Notes: a model not told the origin generated them from the letters alone. DNA of 64,000 nt from Candidatus Poribacteria bacterium (GCA_965197475.1 CBDANF010000003.1:512001-576000), one strand, 5' to 3'. Shown: positions 29,641 through 39,869, counted from the first letter of the stretch. Translations and numbers: made by a program.

Positions 29641-30506
29641 TTAAGGTGCTTCCCAATCCGACGATAGAAATAGGTGAGTTGTGGACTTTTTTACTTGTTT
29701 CTTTAATTCTTTCCAAAAGGCACCATATTGTTCCATGAATTCTGGATATTCGGGCAAACTTTTCACTTTCTTCTCATGGCCAGGTTGTTCTGCATGGCAA
29801 CCAATGCAGAGTGCCCTTAGATCTTCTGGTTGATTATGCTGAGTGCCTCTTATATGGTGAGCATGGAGAAATTTACGTTGAGGTTTTAAATTTAAGGGTA
29901 TACTACATTCTTCACATTTCCATTCTGCCCTTTCGCGACACTGTAGTGAGAGCAAACGCCATTCTGGTGGGTAATTTGAAGCAGGACCTGTTGTTGGAGT
30001 AGTCCTGGGTCCATAGATTCCATCTCTTGGAGGCGGCTCATAACCATCATCAATCGCATTAAACCAGTCCGTTAAGGGGAAAGCATCGGGGGCATAGAGA
30101 TACCTCATATTTAGTTTCCACAGACAGTTTTTGCAGATGTCTAGTCGATGTGTCTCTGGTTCATCGCGTAAAAGATTATCGGCGAAATTGAGGAGGAACT
30201 CTCCATCTGTCCGTCGTGTGACGACGTAGCGTTTATATTTCCCTTACTTCGCATATCTGAAAGTGTGTGACAGCCTACAACATGGTATTTAGGTAAATGA
30301 CCTTTCACATCCCTGATATAGAGAACTACCTTTCGACCCTGATATTCAAGAGTCCCGTCGAGAGCGACTTCAACATCATCAGATCCTACCGTGATACCAG
30401 GTCCTGTCATTAATTTTTTTTCTGTGCCAACGAATGGTTGGAATGGCACTCCCATTCGCTTGAGCAGATCATCTAAATCCGGAAAATCTTTTGGCAACTT
30501 GTTCAA
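29641..30506 (-). pseudogene. zorE: Zorya type II HNH nuclease ZorE, split by a -1 frameshift
   Basis: 5' ORF VVLYIRD...PKYHVVGC.TL..M; -1 shift at GGGAAAT (30243-30237) gives GKYKRYVVTRRTDGEF...LDICKNCL, in frame with the 3' ORF carrying WKCEEC...LHAHH...N...L.ALCIGCHAEQPGH. Confidence 0.8.
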
Positions 30507-31282
30507 TTAACTACCTCCGATTTATTAAATCGTTTCATAAGCTCTTCAATTTCTTTGATAAGTTTCTCGGATTTTGTGACAACCCGAAACTCAACGCGAC
30601 GAGATTCTGTTTTGTTCTCTTTTCCAGTCGAACTTAAAATGAGTTGGCTGGAAGACAATCCATTGGCTGTCAAATTCTTTTTAATCCACTCTTTATTCTG
30701 AGTAATTTTCAGATGTCTGATTCCAAGCACATATCGGAGCACATTTCGGGATCGATTCTGTGATAACTCCATATTATTAAAATAAGCTTGATCAGACATA
30801 ATTTCGTGATGCCATTCACTTGAGGTATGACCTTCAATGCGGATTTCGGCAATTCCGTCTCTATATTCAGGTTTGGTTAAGATTGTAATATACCGAGGAA
30901 AGAAATCGCGTAAGACGTTTTTAAAGGCATTTGGGACAGCGGCATCCCCTTGTGAAAAAGGTTTCTTAAAACGGATAGATAGAGTTTCCATATCCAGATG
31001 CCCGCGCCACACAGTCCTAAACTGTGTCTTTTTGGTGATATTTCCTTCAAATTCTGCGCGCAACTCTTTGTACAAAGCTGCTTGTAAATTTTTGTAAGCG
31101 TCAAGAAGTTCTTCAACTTCATTTTTATAGACTATAATCTCATCTGCTTTGAGACGAACATTCAACATGTAACTAATAGAAATAAAGAGGAATATAACCA
31201 TTAATCCGGCCATTACATCAGATATAGAAACCCAATGTTCTTCAGTTTCTTGCTCTTTTGTCCCAAAAAAGTTTTCTAACAC
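30503..31282 (-). CDS. zorB: Zorya ZorB (MotB/OmpA-like)
   Basis: EHWVSISDVMAGLMVIFLFI (conserved Asp TM), FFPRY, IRIEGHTSSEW, NMELSQNRS, ANGLSSS, SRRVEFRV. Confidence 0.9.
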   Translation of the reverse strand: MLENFFGTKEQETEEHWVSISDVMAGLMVIFLFISISYMLNVRLKADEIIVYKNEVEELLDAYKNLQAALYKELRAEFEGNITKKTQFRTVWRGHLDMETLSIRFKKPFSQGDAAVPNAFKNVLRDFFPRYITILTKPEYRDGIAEIRIEGHTSSEWHHEIMSDQAYFNNMELSQNRSRNVLRYVLGIRHLKITQNKEWIKKNLTANGLSSSQLILSSTGKENKTESRRVEFRVVTKSEKLIKEIEELMKRFNKSEVVN

Positions 31283-31285
31283 CTG

Positions 31286-32704
31286 TTAAATCCTTTTGCT
31301 AAGTACTTGCTGGCTTGCATTTACAAATTGTGTTAGTGCAGTAAGTACTTGGGTATAAGGCCCGACTAACTCAGTATAATTACTAACAAAGCCGTTAGAA
31401 AGACTTTCAAAGTGCCCTGCTAATGTTTGTAAAGATTTTGTCAGTTCTCGCTCAAGTGATATATCCAAGGCTTTTATTCTTTCCTGAAAAGCACTATGCA
31501 GAGTGTTTACATGCTTTTCTACTTCTTCCTTGTTCCTTTCAACAAGGTTCTTTAGATCTAAGGCAATCTCACTAACGGTATTTTCAAGTTCATCTGTTTG
31601 TCTTTTCAGTTCCGCACGTTGCGTTTCCATACTTTTATGTGAATCATCAATTGTTTGCTGAACGACATCTGAAAGGTGGACTGTGAGATCATTTAGACGT
31701 TTTTCAATAATTGGAAACGCGTCATGTGCTTTCCTACGTAATTCGCTAAATGCTTCCAGCTGGGCATTTAAGGTGTGTAGAAGAGGTTCCATATCTTCAG
31801 CACAAACAACAATGCTGGAACTTTTCTCTGCAATTTCACTTGATGCTTCGGCTATCTGTTCCATAGATACGCGAGATTGCTCAATGCTTTCTGCAGCAAT
31901 TCGAAATTCGGAAGCAAGTTCATCCATCTGTTGACGATATTGTTCCTGCCATTCTACAGTTTTCCCAACAGCCTCGTTTAACTGTTTAAAGTTTTCACCA
32001 AACTGTTCAGTGAGTTTGGCGTTAAAATCTTCAATGACTGTCTTGAGAGCCTCAATCAATTCATCAGTAGCAAGTTTCGCAACACTTTCAGCAACGGTTT
32101 TTGAAAATGACTGAAATTCATCTCTCAATTGATCGTGTTTATCAGAAACAGTTGTTGTTAACGTCTCCAATTGTCCGACGGTATCGCTTTGTCCTCCGGT
32201 AAGAGTGTTTTCAATGTTGGTTAGTGCGGTTGTAACTTCGTTTAACTTATCGCGAGTTTGTGTTCCCTCCTCTTTAACGGTTGTATTCAACGTCACTAGT
32301 TGTGCAAGCAGATTGGTTTCTCCGGACGTTTCAATACCTTTTAAAGCATCAAAAAACTTGTCACGTTCTACTTCACTCGGAACTTTGCCTTTTTGAGATA
32401 TTTGAAATAGCGGTGATGCTACCCCTTTTATGAGAATTGCTGATCCAATACCAACCAGCGAGGTCAAGAAAGCAAGTTTGAGTCCTTCTAATAAATTCGG
32501 AATACTTGCTTCAATATTATCAATCTCAAATGCCTGAAGCCCAATGTAGATCCCGAGGAAAGTTCCAAAGACTCCAACGATAGTTAAAATTGAAGCCGCA
32601 GTATTGGTATATGTATACCAACCTTTATTTCTCCATAAAATATATAACACAACCAATAAAACGACTGCCTGAAAACATACATATCCAATTGTAAACGAAT
32701 TCAT
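31286..32704 (-). CDS. zorA: Zorya ZorA (MotA/ExbB-like with long cytoplasmic helical tail)
   Basis: GVFGTFLGI..GL..F, LLEGLKLAFLTSLVG, LIEAL..VI.DFN.KL.EQFGENFKQLN.AV....WQEQY. Confidence 0.9.
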   Translation of the reverse strand: MNSFTIGYVCFQAVVLLVVLYILWRNKGWYTYTNTAASILTIVGVFGTFLGIYIGLQAFEIDNIEASIPNLLEGLKLAFLTSLVGIGSAILIKGVASPLFQISQKGKVPSEVERDKFFDALKGIETSGETNLLAQLVTLNTTVKEEGTQTRDKLNEVTTALTNIENTLTGGQSDTVGQLETLTTTVSDKHDQLRDEFQSFSKTVAESVAKLATDELIEALKTVIEDFNAKLTEQFGENFKQLNEAVGKTVEWQEQYRQQMDELASEFRIAAESIEQSRVSMEQIAEASSEIAEKSSSIVVCAEDMEPLLHTLNAQLEAFSELRRKAHDAFPIIEKRLNDLTVHLSDVVQQTIDDSHKSMETQRAELKRQTDELENTVSEIALDLKNLVERNKEEVEKHVNTLHSAFQERIKALDISLERELTKSLQTLAGHFESLSNGFVSNYTELVGPYTQVLTALTQFVNASQQVLSKRI

Positions 32705-32733
32705 GAAATCTCCTTGCGAATTCTATAATGAAA

Positions 32734-32762
32734 AATATAACAATAAGAACTAAAAAAGTCAA
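32734..32762 (-). promoter_or_regulatory. sigma70-type promoter for the zorABE operon
   Basis: TTGACT-17 bp-TATATT, about 30 bp upstream of the zorA ATG. Confidence 0.55.
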
Positions 32763-32780
32763 CGAAATTCTGAAATTTCC

Positions 32781-32999
32781 TCAATCCAACGGAAACAGCG
32801 GACGTCTAACATTTTCATACTTAAAATGCAGCGGATTCACCGCTGTCAAACCGTGCGTATCCACCTCAATAATCTTCCCAGCAATCGGTTCGTAGGCAGC
32901 GCGGTATGCGATTGCAGCTTTGGCAACAATCATCCGCATTGTCTTCGGATTGATGCCGAGACTCATCAACTGCAGCATCACGCGATTCGCTAATAGCAT
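32781..32999 (-). pseudogene. C-terminal remnant of an MlrC/M81 metallopeptidase
   Basis: LGINP..MR.IVAK...YRAAYEPIA..IIEVDT.G......F.Y..VRRPLFPLD matches the MlrC C-terminus; the rest of the gene is missing. Confidence 0.75.
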
Positions 33000-33028
33000 T
33001 GATATAGTCTTTCACTTTATCAAGCACT

Positions 33029-34474
33029 TTACCCCGCCCCAATCATTTTCCGTAACGTCATAATCAGTGTTCCCTCCGAAATCCACTTTGCAGCGATACG
33101 CCATACACTGGTAGAAAATGTTGGATACACGTGAATCATTCCGCTCAATTTTCGTAACGGAATCCCTTCTTGCATCGCCAAAACATATTCATGGATGACC
33201 TCCCCTGCATTTGTCCCAACAAGGTGAACACCTAATATCCTCCCACGCCATTTGCTTGCAATCACCTTAGAAAATCCTAGTGTTTCCCCTTCTGCAACCG
33301 CTCTGTCAACATCTGTCTGATCCAGCGTAAACACATCAACATCCCCATATTTCTCGCGTGCTTCTATCTCAGTTAATCCACATCGAGCAACCTCCGGATC
33401 ACAGAATGTTGTCCAAGGCACGACAGAATAGTCTATCTTTTTGGAGAAAGGTAAGAGGAAATTCCGAACGAGTAATTGGGCTTGAAATGCTGCCACATGT
33501 GTAAAAAGATAATGTCCAATTACATCGCCTGCAGCGTATATGTTTTTCACATGTGTTTGGAGTTGGTCATTAACGACGATCCCATTTTTCCCAACTTGTA
33601 CGCCAATTTTGTCGAGTCCTAAGTCTTCAACGTTTGGCGCGCGTCCAGCAGCAATTAGTATTTTATCAAAATTCTGTTCCTGATTTTCATTTTTAGGAGG
33701 AGTTTGTATCTCCGAAAACCTCACACCAATCCCATCTTCATGTTTTTCAACCTTCGCTATGTTCGTATTCAGCCGAATCTCAATACCCTCCGAGCTAAGG
33801 TATTGTAGCATCCGTTCAGAAACATCAACATCCTCTTTTGTTAGGATACGTCCACTCCGTTGTGCTATCGTGACCTCTGCACCGAGACGATGAAAAGCCT
33901 GTCCTAATTCAATGCCGATCGGGCCGGCACCGACTATCAGCAGGCGTTGCGGAAGTTCTTCCAATTCCCATACATTTTCACTGTCCAAATAGCCACATGA
34001 TTCCAATCCGGGTATAGCGGGTGCGAGAGGACGAGAACCGGTACTGATAACAAACTTTTTACTTTTTAGGGTTCGTGTCTGTCCGTTTTCACTGTCTTCT
34101 ACGACAAAAATGTCGCGCGATTCAAAATGTCCATTTCCAAAGATAACCTCAACCCCCATCTCGCGGAACCGTTCAGGATTATCGTGTTCATCTTCAATGA
34201 CATGTTGGGTGCTTCGCACATATTCCATCACTTTCTGCCATTCAGGAGTAGCTTCAGGGGAGGTGATCCCGTATTTATTAGCGTTGCGAATATAGTTTGC
34301 CACCTTCGCTGCTTTTAGCAATGCCTTAGAAGGCACACATCCTGTCCACAAACAGTCGCCACCGATGCGATGTTTCTCTACAAGTGCTGTCTTTTTCCCA
34401 AGTTTAGCACCAGCAACAGCAAGCACAAGCCCGGCACTCCCTCCACCAATAATTGTTATATCGTAAGTATCCAC
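33029..34474 (-). CDS. Class I pyridine nucleotide-disulfide oxidoreductase (LpdA/MerA-like, no C-terminal CC)
   Basis: GGGSAG, GGDCLWTGCVPSK, GAGPIGIE, GRAPN, YAAGDV, HVYPT. Confidence 0.9.
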   Translation of the reverse strand: MDTYDITIIGGGSAGLVLAVAGAKLGKKTALVEKHRIGGDCLWTGCVPSKALLKAAKVANYIRNANKYGITSPEATPEWQKVMEYVRSTQHVIEDEHDNPERFREMGVEVIFGNGHFESRDIFVVEDSENGQTRTLKSKKFVISTGSRPLAPAIPGLESCGYLDSENVWELEELPQRLLIVGAGPIGIELGQAFHRLGAEVTIAQRSGRILTKEDVDVSERMLQYLSSEGIEIRLNTNIAKVEKHEDGIGVRFSEIQTPPKNENQEQNFDKILIAAGRAPNVEDLGLDKIGVQVGKNGIVVNDQLQTHVKNIYAAGDVIGHYLFTHVAAFQAQLLVRNFLLPFSKKIDYSVVPWTTFCDPEVARCGLTEIEAREKYGDVDVFTLDQTDVDRAVAEGETLGFSKVIASKWRGRILGVHLVGTNAGEVIHEYVLAMQEGIPLRKLSGMIHVYPTFSTSVWRIAAKWISEGTLIMTLRKMIGAG

Positions 34475-34486
34475 AGATCCACTCCT

Positions 34487-36034
34487 CTATTTTGACTTGC
34501 GCAGGACTTTGCCCGGCAGCTTCCCTGTCACGTCGCCATCTTCAACAACCGGAGTGCCGTTGACGAATACCCAATTCACACCGACAGGTGGTTGTACCGG
34601 ATCAAACCATGTGGAACGGTCTTTGACCGTATCCGGATTGAAAATCACAATATCCGCAGCTAGTCCTTGTGAAATTCTGCCACGATCAGAAAGTCGGAAA
34701 CGTTCTGCGGGGAAGCCGCTCATCTTATAAACGGCTTCTTTCAGGGAGACTAACTGACGTTCACGGACAAATTTCCCAAGATATTGCACGAAGCACCCAT
34801 AACTCCGTGGATGCGGATGCGGGATGTTGTATACGCCATCACTGGCAATCATCATCAGAGGATGGCATGCGGTGCGGTTTAAAACCTGTTCATTTTCTTC
34901 TGGTGATGTTGCCCAAGGCATTACAAAGGTTTCAATCGCAATTTGCTCCCGAACGAAATCAAAGGCGAATTCTTCATGAGACTTCCCTTCACTTTTTGCA
35001 GCTTCAGCGAGCGTCATACCGATATACTTTCCTGATCTGTTGTAGCCAACAATTTGGTTGCCTTCACCTAATTTTTCTCGCAAGTGTTTAATGGATTTTT
35101 CTCGAACATCACTGTTCTCCAGATTGGCTAACATCTCATCAGGTGCACCGGTCTGATATTCCATCGGTAGCATCATTGCAAGATGTGTCATTCCTGCAGG
35201 ATATAGATAAGATTCAAATGTCAAATCTATATCTTCACGTTCAACTCGCTCAAGTATGCTCGCTGCTTCATCGTCAACGCGTTCATGGGAAATATGGACA
35301 GGTATCTCTGCGCGTTGTGCAATCTCAATTGTCTCCTCCCAAGCCGATTTCCTGCCAATAAGTTGGTAGCGGATATGTGCGGCATAAATTGCATCGTAAC
35401 TCGCTGCAACCTTTGAAAGATATACCAACTCGTTCAAGTCGGCATTCGCGGAGGGTTGATAATCCAACCCTAAACAGAGACAGCATGCCCCCGCTTCAAG
35501 CCATTCGCGTGTAGTCTGTTCCATCACTTTCAGTTCATCTGTGGTAGTAGGACGCGCATCCCATCCCATTGCACCGAGACGGACAGCACAATGCGGCACC
35601 TGTGGATAGAGATTTGCAGGGATTTTCCCGTTGAACATGTCAAGATAGTCATCCGGTGTCTGCCAATTGAGTGGGATTTCAGCATCTCCATACGCAAATT
35701 GTGTGTAGTGCCATAGCTCCTGCGCAAGTTTTGAGGTCAATAGTGCCCACCCAAAACCATCAGGGGCAGCAAGATGTGTGGTTACACCTTGCATGACAGC
35801 AGCAAATTGATCGCGCCCTCCGAGCAAGGAAATTTCAGAATGAACGTGGACATCTACAAAGCCAGGACACACAACCTGTCCTTCTGCTGAGATCCGACGT
35901 GGCGTTTCTGCATTTCCAAGATCACCTATTGCAGCAATGCTATCACCTTGAATCCCAATATCTGCAACATAAGGTTCACGTTTACCTGTGCCATCAACGA
36001 TGTTTCCGTCAACAATAATAGTGTTAAACGCCAC
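34487..36034 (-). CDS. N-acyl-D-amino-acid deacylase family amidohydrolase
   Basis: VDGTG....ADIGI, PGFVDVHVHSE, HIR, HISH, ASDG....PHPRSYG.F, DRG.I..G..ADIVIF. Confidence 0.9.
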   Translation of the reverse strand: MAFNTIIVDGNIVDGTGKREPYVADIGIQGDSIAAIGDLGNAETPRRISAEGQVVCPGFVDVHVHSEISLLGGRDQFAAVMQGVTTHLAAPDGFGWALLTSKLAQELWHYTQFAYGDAEIPLNWQTPDDYLDMFNGKIPANLYPQVPHCAVRLGAMGWDARPTTTDELKVMEQTTREWLEAGACCLCLGLDYQPSANADLNELVYLSKVAASYDAIYAAHIRYQLIGRKSAWEETIEIAQRAEIPVHISHERVDDEAASILERVEREDIDLTFESYLYPAGMTHLAMMLPMEYQTGAPDEMLANLENSDVREKSIKHLREKLGEGNQIVGYNRSGKYIGMTLAEAAKSEGKSHEEFAFDFVREQIAIETFVMPWATSPEENEQVLNRTACHPLMMIASDGVYNIPHPHPRSYGCFVQYLGKFVRERQLVSLKEAVYKMSGFPAERFRLSDRGRISQGLAADIVIFNPDTVKDRSTWFDPVQPPVGVNWVFVNGTPVVEDGDVTGKLPGKVLRKSK

Positions 36035-36128
36035 AAATTCCTCCTATAGCTCTATTTTTCTATACTGCATCTGCTATATTTCACCTAATACCAAATTAAC
36101 GGGATTGATCTTATATTTCTGGGCAGAC

Positions 36129-36152
36129 AGCGCGCGGACAAAGCGCGCCTAC
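36129..36152 (-). repeat. GTAG-REP-like palindrome, family A copy 3
   Basis: AGCGCGCGGACAAAGCGCGCCTAC on the plus strand. Confidence 0.65.
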
Positions 36153-36305
36153 AAGTTGAATCAAGTTAATTTGGTATTAGAATACATACCACGGTTTTGA
36201 GGTGAACCGTAGCAAAACATCTTCTCGCCACTTGATAGATATGTTAGCACAAATACTGGATCCGCGCAAGATAAAGGCAACGACCAGAGCCATCCAATTA
36301 ACCAA

Positions 36306-36334
36306 TTGACAGAAAGATATAAAAATGCTATAAT
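36306..36334 (+). promoter_or_regulatory. Consensus sigma70 promoter for the PhyH operon
   Basis: TTGACA-17 bp-TATAAT with extended TG; AGGAG RBS before the ATG at 36364. Confidence 0.7.
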
Positions 36335-36363
36335 GCCTTAGACAAATCCTATAGGAGACAAAT

Positions 36364-37176
36364 ATGCTTAACCAAACCCAGGTTGACACGTTTCGTGAGA
36401 AAGGTTTTCTCCTCGGAAACCGTGTCCTAACTGACGAACAAGTCGAAGAATTGCGGTCAGAATTGGCACGCGTTATTGATGATTATGAAAAAACCGATGT
36501 CCAGCAGCCAGTACGAATCGCTAACCTCGGCGGACGGGAAGAGAGTCCTGTCTGGCAAATTGTTAATATCTGGGAGGCAAGTCCAGCCTATCATCAGCTA
36601 ATTTACAATCCAGTTGTTGTAGAAGAAATTGGACAACTGACATCTGCCACAGAGTTGCGCGTATGGCATGACCAAATCCAGTACAAACCGCCTCAAATCG
36701 GTGGTGTCAACAAATGGCATCAGGATTCTCCGTTGTGGGGAATTCTTCTCCCAAAAACGAGTCAAGTAACTGCTTGGGTCGCATTGGACGATGCTAATGA
36801 AGGCAATGGGTGTATGCGTATGGTCCCCGGTTCCTACCAGTGGGGCAATCAGATGCAGTTTTTGCGTACCGTCGGAGACATCCATAAAATGCATGACCGC
36901 TTTGAAGAAAATGAACTGTCTGTGGAACTCTGTCCTGTGCCAAAAGGACATGTCCATTACCATCATTCTTTGACATGGCACGGATCACATGACAACGCCA
37001 GCGGCGCGCCTCGGCGTGCAATCGCAGTCCATTATATGACAAGTGAAACCGTTTATGATGAAAGTGGCAATCACCTCATGAAACCTTTTGTTACGGTCAA
37101 TGGCGGTGAAAAATTGGCAGGCGATCATTTTCCACTTGTAATGGAATCCGGCGTGCCAACAATTCCAACGGCATAA
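36364..37176 (+). CDS. Phytanoyl-CoA dioxygenase (PhyH) family Fe(II)/2OG oxygenase, paralog 1
   Basis: F.EKGFL, WHQD (HxD), WVALDDA...NGCM..VPGS, HHSLTWHGS..N.S..PRRA. Confidence 0.92.
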   Translation: MLNQTQVDTFREKGFLLGNRVLTDEQVEELRSELARVIDDYEKTDVQQPVRIANLGGREESPVWQIVNIWEASPAYHQLIYNPVVVEEIGQLTSATELRVWHDQIQYKPPQIGGVNKWHQDSPLWGILLPKTSQVTAWVALDDANEGNGCMRMVPGSYQWGNQMQFLRTVGDIHKMHDRFEENELSVELCPVPKGHVHYHHSLTWHGSHDNASGAPRRAIAVHYMTSETVYDESGNHLMKPFVTVNGGEKLAGDHFPLVMESGVPTIPTA

Positions 37177-37304
37177 TCCTTGTCAATAGACATAAAAAAA
37201 TAGTTGATACTGAAAAGTTAAGGATTAGTAATTAAAATTGAATGCCAAGACATTCAAAATATGCGGACCTTCCCTACAAGAAATTAATGTTATAGGAGAC
37301 AAAT

Positions 37305-38117
37305 ATGCTTAACCATGCTCAAATCGACACATTTCGTGAAAAGGGTTTTCTTCTTGGAAGTCGTGTCTTGAGTGATGAACAGGTTGACGAATTGCGGTCA
37401 GAATTGACACGCGTTATTGATGACTACAAAAAAGAGGATGTCCCGCAACCGGTCCATATTGTCAACCTCGGTAGCAGAGAAGAAACGCCTGTCTGGCAAA
37501 TTGTGAATATCTGGGAGGCGAGTCCTGCGTATAGGAAACTCGTTCACAACCCGATCATCGTCGAAGAAATTGGGCAGCTTACATCGGCGACAGAGGTGCG
37601 CGTGTGGCACGATCAAATCCAATACAAACCGCCACAAGTCGGTGGTGTTAACATGTGGCATCAGGATTCACCTTATTGGCCGATTCTTACGCCGAAGACC
37701 AGTCAAGTAACTGGATGGGTTGCGTTAGACGATGTTGATGAAAGCAATGGGTGTATGCGGATGGTGCCCGGTTCTTACCACTGGGGTAACCAGATTCCGT
37801 TTTTGCATTCTGTCAAAGACATCCATTCAATGCCAGACCAATTCGAAGAACACGAATTGCACGTAGAGCTTTGCTCTGTCCCTAAAGGTTATGTCCATTA
37901 CCATCATTCCTTGACGTGGCATGGATCGCATGCGAACAGCAGCGGTCAACCGAGACGCGCAATTGCTGTGCATTATATGACGAGCGAAACCCTTTACGAT
38001 GCAAGTGGAAACCATGTGATGAAATCTTTTGTCACAGTCAATGATGGCGACAAATTAGCAGGCGACCATTTTCCGCTTGTGATGGATGCTGGGATGCCCA
38101 CAAGCCCCAGTGCATAA
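37305..38117 (+). CDS. Phytanoyl-CoA dioxygenase (PhyH) family Fe(II)/2OG oxygenase, paralog 2
   Basis: Same length and motifs as paralog 1; identical TATAGGAGACAAATATGCTTAACCA start context. Confidence 0.92.
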   Translation: MLNHAQIDTFREKGFLLGSRVLSDEQVDELRSELTRVIDDYKKEDVPQPVHIVNLGSREETPVWQIVNIWEASPAYRKLVHNPIIVEEIGQLTSATEVRVWHDQIQYKPPQVGGVNMWHQDSPYWPILTPKTSQVTGWVALDDVDESNGCMRMVPGSYHWGNQIPFLHSVKDIHSMPDQFEEHELHVELCSVPKGYVHYHHSLTWHGSHANSSGQPRRAIAVHYMTSETLYDASGNHVMKSFVTVNDGDKLAGDHFPLVMDAGMPTSPSA

Positions 38118-38234
38118 ACCTTTTTAGCTAATAGTCTTAAAGCATGTAAGTCCAACCAACGGGAGGGTTGGTATACGCAAAGGATTGCCCTTAACACAAC
38201 TCCCCTAAACGAACCACAAGGGACATTAAAAATT

Positions 38235-39869
38235 ATGAAAGTTGTTGATGCAGTTGCAAAAGTCCTTAAGGCAGAGGGTGTGCAATATCTCTTCGCGTAT
38301 CCTGTTAACCCAATAATTGAAGCAGCGGCGAAGGTGGATATCCGTCCCATTATCGTTCGTCAGGAACGCATCGGACTTCACATGGCAGACGCAGTGAGTC
38401 GAATGACCTCTGGACAACAGATTGGCGTGTTCTGCATGCAAAGCGGTCCAGGTTCTGAAAACGCATTTGGCGGGGTTGCGCAAGCTTATGGTGATTCTGC
38501 TCCGATTGTTGTTCTACCGATGGGATATGCAAGACCATTGACCCAAATTCAACCGAACTTCAATTCTGCGTTGAATTATCGGCACGTGACAAAGTCATGC
38601 GAACAACTCACGGTGCCAGAGGCACTACCTGAGGTAATGCGGCGTGCCTTTACACAAGTCAGGAACGGCAGACCGAGACCCGCACTTGTGGAAATTCCGG
38701 CTGATTTAATGTCCCAGGAAGTCCCCGATCCTTTTGACCCGACACCTGTTCCCACAGTACGTTACGGTCCCGACAGCACAGAGATTGAAGCGGTTGCAGA
38801 TGCTTTGATTAATGCAGCATGCCCTGTTATTTATGCCGGACAAGGTGTTCATTACGCGCAAGCGTGGGATGCGTTGAAAGAACTTGCGGAACTTCTCGCT
38901 GCACCTGTAACAACCAGTTTGGGAGGCAAAAGTGCTTTTCCAGAAGATCATCCATTGGCACTCGGTTCCGGCGGACGATCCATTCCAAAACCGGTGCATC
39001 ACTTCCTCCAAAAGACGGATCTCCTTTTCGGTATCGGTTGTAGTTTCAGCAGAACGCACTTTGGCGTTAAGATTCCGGAAGGAAAACGTGTCATCCACGC
39101 AACCTTAGATCCAGCTGATATTAACAAAGACGTTCCGGTTGACACTGCGCTTGTTGGTGATGCACGCTTGATTTTAGAGGGTTTGGTGGAGGCTGTCCGA
39201 GATCGTTCCAGTGTTGCATCCGAGAGCGAAACTGCTGCAATCGCTGAAGAAATTAGCACAGTGAAAGCAGAATGGCTTGAAGAGTGGATGCCGAAACTTA
39301 CCTCTAAAGAAGTGCCGATGACACCCTATCGCGTTATTTGGGATCTTATGCACACCGTTGATGTCAAAAACACAATCATCACACACGATGCCGGAAGTCC
39401 TCGCGATCAACTATCCCCGTTTTGGCAATGTAAAACACCTCTTTCTTACATCGGTTGGGGAAAAACAACCCAACTTGGCTATGGACTCGGTCTCGCAATG
39501 GGAGCAAAACTCGCGAAACCGGACGCACTCTGTATCAATGTCTGGGGCGATGCTGCTATCGGTTTTACCGGCATGGATTTCGAGACTGCAGTCCGTGAAC
39601 GAATACCGATCCTCTCTGTCCTTTTCAACAATTTCTCTATGGCAATAGAAATTCCGATTATGCCTGTATCTACCGAGAAATATCGCAGTACAGACATCTC
39701 TGGTAACTATGCAGATATGGCGAAAGCCTTCGGTGGATACGGAGAGCGTGTCGAAACACTAGACCAAATTATACCAGCGATTCAACGCGGTATCCAAAAA
39801 ACGCAGGAGGGCCTTCCTGCACTGCTGGAATTTATCACAGCAAAAGAAATTCAGATTTCGAAGTTCTAA
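38235..39869 (+). CDS. Thiamine diphosphate-dependent enzyme (acetolactate synthase-like family)
   Basis: RQER...HMAD, SGPG.EN, RPRP.LVEIP.D, GDAA.GFTG...ETA...NN ThDP-binding motif. Confidence 0.9.
   Translation: MKVVDAVAKVLKAEGVQYLFAYPVNPIIEAAAKVDIRPIIVRQERIGLHMADAVSRMTSGQQIGVFCMQSGPGSENAFGGVAQAYGDSAPIVVLPMGYARPLTQIQPNFNSALNYRHVTKSCEQLTVPEALPEVMRRAFTQVRNGRPRPALVEIPADLMSQEVPDPFDPTPVPTVRYGPDSTEIEAVADALINAACPVIYAGQGVHYAQAWDALKELAELLAAPVTTSLGGKSAFPEDHPLALGSGGRSIPKPVHHFLQKTDLLFGIGCSFSRTHFGVKIPEGKRVIHATLDPADINKDVPVDTALVGDARLILEGLVEAVRDRSSVASESETAAIAEEISTVKAEWLEEWMPKLTSKEVPMTPYRVIWDLMHTVDVKNTIITHDAGSPRDQLSPFWQCKTPLSYIGWGKTTQLGYGLGLAMGAKLAKPDALCINVWGDAAIGFTGMDFETAVRERIPILSVLFNNFSMAIEIPIMPVSTEKYRSTDISGNYADMAKAFGGYGERVETLDQIIPAIQRGIQKTQEGLPALLEFITAKEIQISKF

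Noticed and set aside
30503-32704. MotA/MotB flagellar stator or ExbBD/TolQR pair
   Set aside because: The long ZorA-type tail, the EGHTSSEW ZorB motif and the coupled HNH gene indicate Zorya; no flagellar or TonB genes nearby
33029-34474. Mercuric reductase merA
   Set aside because: No C-terminal Cys-Cys pair, no NmerA domain and no mer operon
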